A DNA stretch of 35,656 nucleotides from assembly GCA_021833245.1 (NCBI GenBank), contig JAKBGA010000003.1, positions 1 through 35,656 on the forward strand, written 5' to 3'. The notes under the pieces are model-generated. The model was not told the DNA's origin. It saw only the letters and a program-made list of their open reading frames with translations, and searched no databases. The stretch comes from a bacterium. GTDB taxonomy: Bacteria; Patescibacteriota; Minisyncoccia; Phycocordibacterales; Phycocordibacteraceae. A program made the position numbers and the translations under genes. Below, piece after piece: positions 20,117-28,112 of this stretch (the stretch's first letter is position 1; each line of letters starts with the position of its first letter).

Positions 20117-20371
20117 TTAAGATTGAGGAATGGCGTCCTGTCCGCGAAGGAAGGATTCAACTTTTGAATCCTTCCCGCAGTACACATACCCACAATCTTT
20201 ATAGAAAGATTTATCGGCGTGAACTGATTTTTGTCTTAACCGACAATCCTTCTTTTCACAAAAAATACATAGTGAAACATCATAGAAACCATCATTACTT
20301 ATGATGCTCCACGCAGTCTCGGCACTACTCATTGGAGACTTCTTTATTAACTCAGCCCTTCCTGTTCCCAT
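20117..20371 (-). CDS. Small Cys-rich hypothetical protein (84 aa)
   Basis: AGAGGA SD-like site 6 nt before ATG; own terminator; CxxCxxxxC and CxxxxC motifs; no family recognised. Confidence 0.5.
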   Translation of the reverse strand: MGTGRAELIKKSPMSSAETAWSIISNDGFYDVSLCIFCEKKDCRLRQKSVHADKSFYKDCGYVYCGKDSKVESFLRGQDAIPQS

Positions 20372-20399
20372 TTTTTATCCTCTATCTATCATCTTTTTT

Positions 20400-20411
20400 T
20401 GTTAAAGAACA
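20400..20411 (-). promoter_or_regulatory. boxA-like Nus-factor binding element (TGTTCTTTAACA)
   Basis: 11/12 match to E. coli rrn boxA TGCTCTTTAACA; intergenic; preceded by a GTGTGTC/GACACAC hairpin (20421-20446). Confidence 0.5.
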
Positions 20412-20477
20412 AGCGATCTTGTGTGTCTTATAAGAACTCGACACACTTGAAAAGTGTACTCTTATATTTTCTTAAAA

Positions 20478-21059
20478 TCAAGACGTATGTATGAAAGAAC
20501 GCCGGTGGATAGCACAGGGTCCGTATTTTTTAAGCATTTCGTAATGCGCTTGAGTGCCATACCCCTTGTGTTTTTCGAATCCGTAAAACGGATACTGTGT
20601 TGCGAATCTGGCCATGAGACGATCACGTGTTACTTTCGCCGCGATCGAAGCAAGCGAGATGATTGGAATGAGCGCATCACCATGGATGACAGTTTCCTGC
20701 GTATATTCATGTGGAGCGCTTAATGCCCCATCAAGTTGTATTCGTACTGATGACGCATTCGGCGCGAGCATAGTCACACCACGCATAAGAGCGCGCTGCA
20801 CTGAACTCGTAATGCCTTCCTTGTCTATCATTTCTGCATCCTCGAATTCAACCACAAAACGCACGTCGCCGGCCCGAACACGTACCTCGAGTAACGTGAA
20901 AAATTCTTCACGCTTCTTTTCCGATAGTTTCTTCGAATCCGCAATGTCGGGAAATTCCTGCGCTACATCAAAACCTTCTGGTACAGCTACTACCCCGACC
21001 GCGACCGGCCCCGCTAACGGACCTCGCCCCGCTTCATCTACCCCAAGCAGAAATCTCAT
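20478..21059 (-). CDS. rnhB: Ribonuclease HII
   Basis: GVDEAGRGPLAGPV, DSKKL, DG, GD..ISLASIAAKVTRD, HKGYGT, HRRSF. Confidence 0.97.
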   Translation of the reverse strand: MRFLLGVDEAGRGPLAGPVAVGVVAVPEGFDVAQEFPDIADSKKLSEKKREEFFTLLEVRVRAGDVRFVVEFEDAEMIDKEGITSSVQRALMRGVTMLAPNASSVRIQLDGALSAPHEYTQETVIHGDALIPIISLASIAAKVTRDRLMARFATQYPFYGFEKHKGYGTQAHYEMLKKYGPCAIHRRSFIHTS

Positions 21060-21065
21060 GCAGAA

Positions 21066-21073
21066 AGTATACT
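21066..21073. promoter_or_regulatory. Palindromic bidirectional -10 element AGTATACT shared by rnhB and dnaE
   Basis: TATACT reads on both strands, each 6 nt from an ATG, in a 20-bp intergenic gap. Confidence 0.7.
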
Positions 21074-21079
21074 ATTCTC

Positions 21080-24000
21080 ATGACATCGCGATTCATTCAC
21101 CTCCACACACATAGTCACTATTCATTTCTTCAAGCATTACCAAAAGTGGATGAATTGGTTGACAAGGCAAAAAAAGAAGGGATGGATGCACTTGCGTTAA
21201 CTGATGCAGGCAATATGCATGGTGCTATTGAATTTTACAAAGCCGCAACCAAGGCAGGTATAAAACCAATTCTTGGCGTTGACGCCTACCTCGCCCCACG
21301 CTCGCGAAAAGATCGAGATCCAAATATAGATACAAAACGCTCGCGCATCGTCCTTCTTGCGGAAAACAACGAAGGCTATAAGAACCTTATGGCACTTGTC
21401 ACCTTATCCTGGACAGAGGGATTTTTCGAACGCCCGCGTATTGATAAAAAGTTATTGTGCGAGTACCACAAAGGGATTATCGCCCTTTTGCCATCCTTCG
21501 CAGGAGATATTGCGCAACTTTTACGTGCGGGTGATAAAGATGGTGCCACGGCTACGCTCGCCGAGTTTAGAGATATATTCGGTACCAAAAATGTTTTTCT
21601 TGAAATTACACATCACCCGCTTGTCAAAGGGCACGAGAAACTCATGGAGCAAATTATCGCATTCGGAAGAGCGAATGACGCTCCACTCGTCGGTCAACAT
21701 GATGTCTATTACCTTGAATCCGACGACCGCGAAGCAACTGAAATTATGCGACGTATTCAACAAGGTGGGCACGGTAGGAATGAAAGTGAGGACTTTTCCT
21801 TCATCGATGAAAAAATTGCAGAAAAACTCTTTAGGGAAACCCCCGAGGCATTGATAAATACACGGAATATCGCCGATCGTTGTACAGTTTCTTTTGAACT
21901 CGGCAAATGGACCTTCCCAGCGGTGCCAGTTTCCTCTGGATTTAAGAATCATGATGAGGAATTGAGAGCCAAGGCATATGCAGGTATTACATCACGCGGG
22001 CTTGAAGAGTCTAAAGAAATCATTGACCGCATCGAGTACGAATTGCGCATTATTATTGACAAGGGTTTCGCCGTGTACTACCTAATCGTTGCTGATCTCC
22101 TCGCATTTGCACGCCATGCTGGTATTCTCACCACCACGCGTGGTTCAGCGGCTGGAAGCCTCGTCGCCTATCTAGTTGGTATCACAAACGTCGATCCACT
22201 TTTTTATAAATTACCCTTTGAACGATTCCTTAATCCGGAACGCCCCAAAGCACCAGATATCGATATGGATATGGCTGATAATCGTCGCGACGAAATGATT
22301 GCGTACACGAAGCAGAAATATGGTGAAGATCATGTTGCTCAGATTGGCACTTTTGGCACCATGATGGCGCGTGCCGCGGTACGTGACGTAGCGCGTGCAC
22401 TCGGACATTCTTACACTACCGGCGACCGTATCGCAAAACTCATTCCCATGGGTTCTCAAGGATTCCCCATGACCATTAACCATGCCCTCGAGCTTGAACC
22501 GGATCTGAAAATGATTTACGACGAAGACGATGAGGCACATGAAATTCTTGATCTTGGGAAAAAAATCGAAGGTTGTGTACGACATGTCGGTGTCCACGCG
22601 GCTGGTGTCGTGGTTGCACCAACCCCACTTATTGAATGGACACCGATCCAACCAGACCCAAAGGGCACTGGTAAACTCATCACTCAATACGATATGTACT
22701 CAATTACCGACGAGTATGGTGGTGTCGGCCTTCTGAAATTCGATTTCCTCGGCATCAAGAACCTTGCTATTCTCGCTGACGCAGTCGCACGGGTAAGGGA
22801 AACGCTTAACATTGTCATTGACATCGAAAATATTCCTATTGACGATACGAAAACCTACCAAATGCTTGCGCGTGGCGAAACGGAAGGTACTTTCCAATTG
22901 AATGGTTCCGGTATGACTCGCTGGCTCAAGGAACTTAAGCCGTCGACCATTCATGACATAAACGCAATGGTCGCTCTCTATCGCCCGGGACCAATGGAGA
23001 CTATTCCCCAGTATATAGAACGAAAACATAATCCAAAGCTTATTCACTATCTTGATCCACGCATGAAGGAATATCTTGATTTCTCATACGGTCTCCTCGT
23101 GTACCAAGACGATGTCCTACTTACTGCCATTAAACTCGCCGGCTATTCATGGCTCGAAGCGGATGCACTTCGAAAAGCAATGGGTAAGAAAATCCCGGCC
23201 GTCATGCAAGCGGAGAAAGAAAAACTATTAACGGGTTTCGTCGAGTATGGGAAACTCTCCAGGAATACGGCGGAAAAGCTTTGGTCACTTATCGAACCAT
23301 TTGCCGCATATGGCTTCAACAAGGCCCACGCTGCAAGTTACGGTAAGGTTGCCTACCAGACTGCTTACATGAAAGCGAACTATCCTGTTGAATACCTCGC
23401 CACTGTCCTCACTGCCAGCGCTGGTGACACAGAGCAGATTTCCACCTTCGTCGCCGAAGCTAAGCGCATGGGTATCACCGTGCTTCCACCAGATGTGAAC
23501 GAGAGCGGAAGTGACTTCACAGTCACGGGGGGAGAAAGAAATTCCATTCGTTTTGGGCTTTCCTCGATTAAAAATTTTGGTGACGGTATCTCGGATACGA
23601 TTATTACTGAACGCGAGACACGCGGTCCTTTTCGAACACTCACCGATTTTCTTTCTCGTATCGGTTCAAGAAATCTAAATCGGAAATCACTTGAATCCCT
23701 CATAAAGTGTGGCGCTCTCGACTCTTTGGGTTCAGCGGCTGATAAGCGTGGAGTATTGCTTGAGAATGTGGAGACGCTCCTCTCCTTTCATCGAGAGACA
23801 ACCGCGACTGCACCGCAAAAATCACTATTTGGAACCTCTGTTCAACTTCCAGCATTCCAACTTTCAGAAAGCAGTAGACTGGTCTCGTTACTGGATAAAC
23901 TTGCGTGGGAAAAGGAATTACTCGGTATTTATGTGAGCGGCCACCCGCTCGATATATATGAATCTGTAGCAAGAAAAACAAAATTCACGATAGCAAGAAT

Positions 24001-24265
24001 CAAGGAAGATCCAAAACAAGGTATGCTCCTGATCCTGCCTGTGCTTGTCGTTCTGGTACGCGCTATCCTTACCAAAGGTGGCGAGAAGATGGCATTCATT
24101 ACAATGGAAGACACCACGGGTACGCTTGAAGCGGTCATTTTCCCAAAGCTTTTCAAACAATACACAACTGTGATTACCTCGGGTGCCTGTCTACTCGTGA
24201 GGGGCAAGGTTTCTGTAAGGAATGGAGAAACCTCGCTCATCATAGACGAATTGAGGCCACTGTAA
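21080..24265 (+). CDS. dnaE: DNA polymerase III alpha subunit
   Basis: PHP domain, RGSAAGSLVAY, FERFLNPER..PDIDMD, KFDFLG, YGFNKAHA, clamp motif QKSLF, C-terminal OB fold. Confidence 0.97.
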   Translation: MTSRFIHLHTHSHYSFLQALPKVDELVDKAKKEGMDALALTDAGNMHGAIEFYKAATKAGIKPILGVDAYLAPRSRKDRDPNIDTKRSRIVLLAENNEGYKNLMALVTLSWTEGFFERPRIDKKLLCEYHKGIIALLPSFAGDIAQLLRAGDKDGATATLAEFRDIFGTKNVFLEITHHPLVKGHEKLMEQIIAFGRANDAPLVGQHDVYYLESDDREATEIMRRIQQGGHGRNESEDFSFIDEKIAEKLFRETPEALINTRNIADRCTVSFELGKWTFPAVPVSSGFKNHDEELRAKAYAGITSRGLEESKEIIDRIEYELRIIIDKGFAVYYLIVADLLAFARHAGILTTTRGSAAGSLVAYLVGITNVDPLFYKLPFERFLNPERPKAPDIDMDMADNRRDEMIAYTKQKYGEDHVAQIGTFGTMMARAAVRDVARALGHSYTTGDRIAKLIPMGSQGFPMTINHALELEPDLKMIYDEDDEAHEILDLGKKIEGCVRHVGVHAAGVVVAPTPLIEWTPIQPDPKGTGKLITQYDMYSITDEYGGVGLLKFDFLGIKNLAILADAVARVRETLNIVIDIENIPIDDTKTYQMLARGETEGTFQLNGSGMTRWLKELKPSTIHDINAMVALYRPGPMETIPQYIERKHNPKLIHYLDPRMKEYLDFSYGLLVYQDDVLLTAIKLAGYSWLEADALRKAMGKKIPAVMQAEKEKLLTGFVEYGKLSRNTAEKLWSLIEPFAAYGFNKAHAASYGKVAYQTAYMKANYPVEYLATVLTASAGDTEQISTFVAEAKRMGITVLPPDVNESGSDFTVTGGERNSIRFGLSSIKNFGDGISDTIITERETRGPFRTLTDFLSRIGSRNLNRKSLESLIKCGALDSLGSAADKRGVLLENVETLLSFHRETTATAPQKSLFGTSVQLPAFQLSESSRLVSLLDKLAWEKELLGIYVSGHPLDIYESVARKTKFTIARIKEDPKQGMLLILPVLVVLVRAILTKGGEKMAFITMEDTTGTLEAVIFPKLFKQYTTVITSGACLLVRGKVSVRNGETSLIIDELRPL

Positions 24266-24344
24266 CCCTACAAATATTCAATGTATTGGGAAGCAAGACT
24301 TGGAGGTTTCTGATATTCAGAATAATTACGTATCAAATAAAACT

Positions 24345-26798
24345 TTATGCGCCAATTACGGCAAGTGCACGAGTTAATGCAAGCTTTGCGCCGGTTACAC
24401 CAGTTGTGTAACTCGCATCGATGGCTGTAGCAAGAGCGGCGACAAGTTTCTCGAGAGTCGTCGTTGAAAAACGTGCGGTCAGCCGCACAATATTGGAATC
24501 GCAGGCAGTTCCATCAATACGGGAGCGATACGCGTCATCGATGAGACAAACGACGGCAGAAAGAAGTTGCTCTGGAGAACCGGCGCCGCGAATATGCTGT
24601 CGCAACACGGAGAAAACGGCGGCGCGGTCACCTTCAATGAGCGCGGTTGCAAAACCACGAACGTCCGATGGCACCGCATCTCGTTCAGTAATAGTTTCGG
24701 TCGTAATTGGTTCAACGTTTTTAAAGATTGGTTCAATGTTTGGTTTCGATTCCACCTTTTGTTCGACAGGTTCGGTCGAACGTCTTCGCGAAAGACCCTT
24801 TACAATATCGTCAATCGAAAGTGCTTCATTATTTTGTGCGAGAGATTTGAAACCCTCATATGACGAATAACCGCGTGGCGCCTCAGGTAGCGTTGAATTG
24901 TGTAGCGCGAGAGGTGGTACTGGTTCGGTTGTTACCACAGATACGGGAGGCACCTCAGTTAGCATAGACTCACGTGCATTAAGCACTGACAATACTCGAA
25001 GACTAAAACCCTTAACATACCTATTTATGAGCGGTGCTATGCCAAAAAGAACTAGATATGCGAGAGCAAGTGCCCAACCGATGAGAATAATCCAGTAAAG
25101 TGCAGTACCGAGTGGGCCGAGGTCAAGGCCGGTGTATGGAATTTGAGATAGGTAGAGATATGCAAGTGGTTGCGCCCTTATATGAGGGAGCTCTGCGAGA
25201 GTAATGGTGGGCGGTAATGAACCGCCCCCCCCACCGCAATTACCCGTGCAGCCCCCACCACTTGACGTCACGGTAAGCGTGGCATTGCAAGTGAGTGTTT
25301 GACCGTTCTGTGCATGGAAAGTTCCTGTGTAAGTATGTGTACCTATAGTCGTCGGAGAAATCGTGATTGAACCAGGTGAGCTCGTTGCCGTTGCGATACC
25401 ATTATCAATATCAACATTTAATATCTCGTTACCACCCCAGGAAAGTACTGAGGAACCTCCAGTCGTATAGCTTGTTGGTGAAACTGCAAGAGAACAGGAC
25501 GGACCGCCACCGCTACCACCTTGGGTAGAGACTGCCGCGGAACAAGTTACTGATTGCCCGGATGAACTCACGGCCGTACCAATAAACGTTGTATTGGTTG
25601 TGATTGCCGGAGTAGTGGTTGACCCACTGACCACTGGGGTAGTTGTTCCAATTCCATTGTTAATTGTAAAAGAGGTGGCATTCGTCGTCGTCCATGAAAG
25701 CGTCGAGGAACTGCCGGTGGTGACGGAGGTAGGCGAAGCCGCGAGTGTACAGGTTGGAGCTGGAGGCGAGGGAGGCAAGTTAACACTTTGATTCTTGAAG
25801 ACGACGGTCGTACACATAGATCCACTTTGCACAGTCACATTTCCACCTGCGGGCGTTACTGACAGGGGCTTCCAGGAACTGCCTGGGTCTACCTCGGTTA
25901 CCTGATGTGCGCCTGGAGAAACTGATTGGAATTGCGCATTCCCATTTGCATCATTTTGTGTGGATGCACCACCATCGAGCACGAAAGTGAACTGTGCAAC
26001 AGGGGTAATCTTGTTTCCATTCGAATCAAATGTCTCCTTTAAGACGTCGATGCATCCAGTCGCGGGAGCGGGTGGAGGCTTCGTTATGGTGACTGTCGCT
26101 GTACAATGAACGGATCCACCAGGGCCGATAGCTATGCCTGTGTAGGTAGTGGTTGCAGTTAGAGAAACAAGATGTGTACCGGATGAGACGGGAGTAACGG
26201 AACCTATGCCTTGATCAATTGTAAAAGAGGTGGCATTCGTCGTCGTCCATGAAAGCGTCGAGGAACTGCCGGTGGTGACGGAGGTAGGCGAAGCCGCGAG
26301 TGTACAGGTTGGAGCTGGAGGTGGTGGTGCAACTGTTATCAATACATTACAAGTTGTCTCACCACCAAGACCCTTAACAGTCATAGTATAGCTTGTCGTT
26401 TTGCTAACAGAGACTGTTTGAGAGCCAGACATAACCGATGAGACTCCGCCAATACCATTATTAATGGTGGCACTTGTCGCGGCAGAAGTTGTCCACGAAA
26501 GTGTTGAGAACCCTCCATTAAAAGGGAGCGATGCTGAGTTCGCAGAAAGCGAACAGGTTGGAACCGAAAGTGGGATTACAGGGGCGGGTGGGGGTGGGGG
26601 TGGGGGTATTGGTGTAGGTATGGGCATGGACGGAAGTGAGCAACAAGGTGGGGCTACTTGTGCAAACACCTGCGCTGGAGTTATGGCACCGGTTACAAAT
26701 GCAATCATTATGCCTAAAAAAACTATTGCAGATACCGTAAACAATCCGATGAAAAGCGGATTTATTTTCTTATGTGAATTGGTTGTGTATTCATTCAT
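24345..26798 (-). CDS. Large cell-surface protein: signal/TM, Pro linker, Cys-paired Ig-like repeats, CnaB/SpaA-like domain, internal IPYTG sorting-like motif, TM helix, cytoplasmic domain
   Basis: Four PTCxLxxSP..SxLSW..I..GI..C repeats; IDVLK..VTE..FKN domain; YLSQIPYTG then hydrophobic ALYWIILIGWALALAYLVLFGI; ~225-aa C-terminal tail. Alternative GTG start at 26810. Confidence 0.8.
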   Translation of the reverse strand: MNEYTTNSHKKINPLFIGLFTVSAIVFLGIMIAFVTGAITPAQVFAQVAPPCCSLPSMPIPTPIPPPPPPPAPVIPLSVPTCSLSANSASLPFNGGFSTLSWTTSAATSATINNGIGGVSSVMSGSQTVSVSKTTSYTMTVKGLGGETTCNVLITVAPPPPAPTCTLAASPTSVTTGSSSTLSWTTTNATSFTIDQGIGSVTPVSSGTHLVSLTATTTYTGIAIGPGGSVHCTATVTITKPPPAPATGCIDVLKETFDSNGNKITPVAQFTFVLDGGASTQNDANGNAQFQSVSPGAHQVTEVDPGSSWKPLSVTPAGGNVTVQSGSMCTTVVFKNQSVNLPPSPPAPTCTLAASPTSVTTGSSSTLSWTTTNATSFTINNGIGTTTPVVSGSTTTPAITTNTTFIGTAVSSSGQSVTCSAAVSTQGGSGGGPSCSLAVSPTSYTTGGSSVLSWGGNEILNVDIDNGIATATSSPGSITISPTTIGTHTYTGTFHAQNGQTLTCNATLTVTSSGGGCTGNCGGGGGSLPPTITLAELPHIRAQPLAYLYLSQIPYTGLDLGPLGTALYWIILIGWALALAYLVLFGIAPLINRYVKGFSLRVLSVLNARESMLTEVPPVSVVTTEPVPPLALHNSTLPEAPRGYSSYEGFKSLAQNNEALSIDDIVKGLSRRRSTEPVEQKVESKPNIEPIFKNVEPITTETITERDAVPSDVRGFATALIEGDRAAVFSVLRQHIRGAGSPEQLLSAVVCLIDDAYRSRIDGTACDSNIVRLTARFSTTTLEKLVAALATAIDASYTTGVTGAKLALTRALAVIGA
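25662..25766. repeat. 105-bp exact direct repeat, copy 1
   Basis: Identical to 26217-26321; encodes PPAPTCTLAASPTSVTTGSSSTLSWTTTNATSFTI. Confidence 0.95.
26217..26321. repeat. 105-bp exact direct repeat, copy 2
   Basis: Identical to 25662-25766; offset 555 bp (185 codons, in frame). Confidence 0.95.
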
Positions 26799-26810
26799 GA
26801 GTGTTTGCAC

Positions 26811-26851
26811 AAAAAAGGGGGTAGTGGCAGTTTCACTGCTACTAGAGCCCC
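26811..26851 (-). terminator. Intrinsic terminator after ORF 26862-27998
   Basis: Minus strand GGGGctcTAGTAGCAG-tgaaa-CTGCCACTA-CCCCC-TTTTTT. Confidence 0.65.
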
Positions 26852-26861
26852 AGAAAACTTG

Positions 26862-27998
26862 TTACTGTCTAGGAAATTTTGACAGATCGATTGCACTCGG
26901 TCCCCATACCGGCCATTCCTGACCATCATAAGGAATATGAACCGTTGTCACCGTTCCTTTTTCCCACACGTTCGGTTGGACGATCCATGAGTCGGACTGG
27001 CCGACCTTCAAACGCGTATCGCAGAACGCCACATAGTTCTGTTCAACTTCCAATGGAAGACGAAGCGATTGATTGCTATGCCGAGCGACATACTTTCCGG
27101 TATAAAGTGGCTTGAAGCCGGCCGGTATAACCGACATTGGACCGATCCAGTCGCAAGTATCGCAAGGCGATGGAGGAGCCGCACAATCGTCACCATCACA
27201 GAGCTGCCAACAAGCTGACGCCGGAAGACGTTCCCGTGTAAGGATGGCAAAGCGGAATTCATCGCCCGGCTTGCCTACATATTTTATTGTCCTGCAAGCA
27301 AGTACCGAGGAGGGTCCAAATCGCCAGCCTTCGTTGAAACAGACGTACGGAATGAACCAGATATAGGTTTTCCCTTCGTATGTCCATTTCCATTCCCGCA
27401 CTCTTGCTGTTTCAGCAACTGAACCGGGAAGATAAAAACGTCCGTTGGGTGAACGTAACACTGGTAACTCCGCAACCGAGACATAGTTCATGACCCAATC
27501 AGTTGCATGATTGCGATCAGGCCCTGACATCATCTGTTCAAGCGACATGCCTGGTGTATACCATGCCCTTCTGCCACCCCTGCAACCAGTTTCAAACACT
27601 TTTTTGAAATGTTTTTTGACTAGCTGTGGTAGACGCGTGCCGTCGATTGCTTCGGGAGCCTTCCGGCATGCCTCAGCGAAGGAATGCGCATACGGCGCTG
27701 CCCCCCAACGGCTCCACTTCTCCTGCTGTGGTGATGCAGGTTTTGGTTTTTGCGTCTTTTTTTTAAGATTAAGGCTAGCGTGTGTCTTTTTTTGTGCTCT
27801 GGATGAGACCATTACGATCGGTTTCGATGAAACAGGTGCTTTTGTCTTCATCATTGATAACGGTTCTTCCGTATTATCAATTGTACGACCGTACCAGTGC
27901 CACAATAAAAGTCCGAGGCCAACTGCCATTACGAATGCAAGAAGCCAGACGAATTTCGGCTTCTCTTTTTTAATGATGAGGCCGCTGAAGAACTTCAT
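26862..27998 (-). CDS. Exported/membrane-anchored Cys-rich hypothetical protein (378 aa)
   Basis: Strong SD AAGGAG 6 nt before ATG; N-terminal TM helix; basic linker; 10 Cys including CWQLCDGDDC..CDTC. Confidence 0.75.
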   Translation of the reverse strand: MKFFSGLIIKKEKPKFVWLLAFVMAVGLGLLLWHWYGRTIDNTEEPLSMMKTKAPVSSKPIVMVSSRAQKKTHASLNLKKKTQKPKPASPQQEKWSRWGAAPYAHSFAEACRKAPEAIDGTRLPQLVKKHFKKVFETGCRGGRRAWYTPGMSLEQMMSGPDRNHATDWVMNYVSVAELPVLRSPNGRFYLPGSVAETARVREWKWTYEGKTYIWFIPYVCFNEGWRFGPSSVLACRTIKYVGKPGDEFRFAILTRERLPASACWQLCDGDDCAAPPSPCDTCDWIGPMSVIPAGFKPLYTGKYVARHSNQSLRLPLEVEQNYVAFCDTRLKVGQSDSWIVQPNVWEKGTVTTVHIPYDGQEWPVWGPSAIDLSKFPRQ

Positions 27999-28056
27999 CG
28001 TCTTCTCCTTGAGGCCGCACGAGGCGACGTTGATTAAGTTGGAAAGAACTATGTTT

Positions 28057-28112
28057 ACTCTCCTTGCGGAGAGTCATTCGATTTTCAGCTAACTGGAAAT
28101 CGAATGACTCTC
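28057..28112. repeat. 20-bp inverted repeat centred on the sortase stop codon, overlapping a 7-bp GCAA-tetraloop hairpin
   Basis: GAGAGTCATTCGATTTTCAG-ctaa-CTGGAAATCGAATGACTCTC (28069-28112, 19/20 complementary); ACTCTCC-GCAA-GGAGAGT on minus (28074-28057). Confidence 0.85.
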
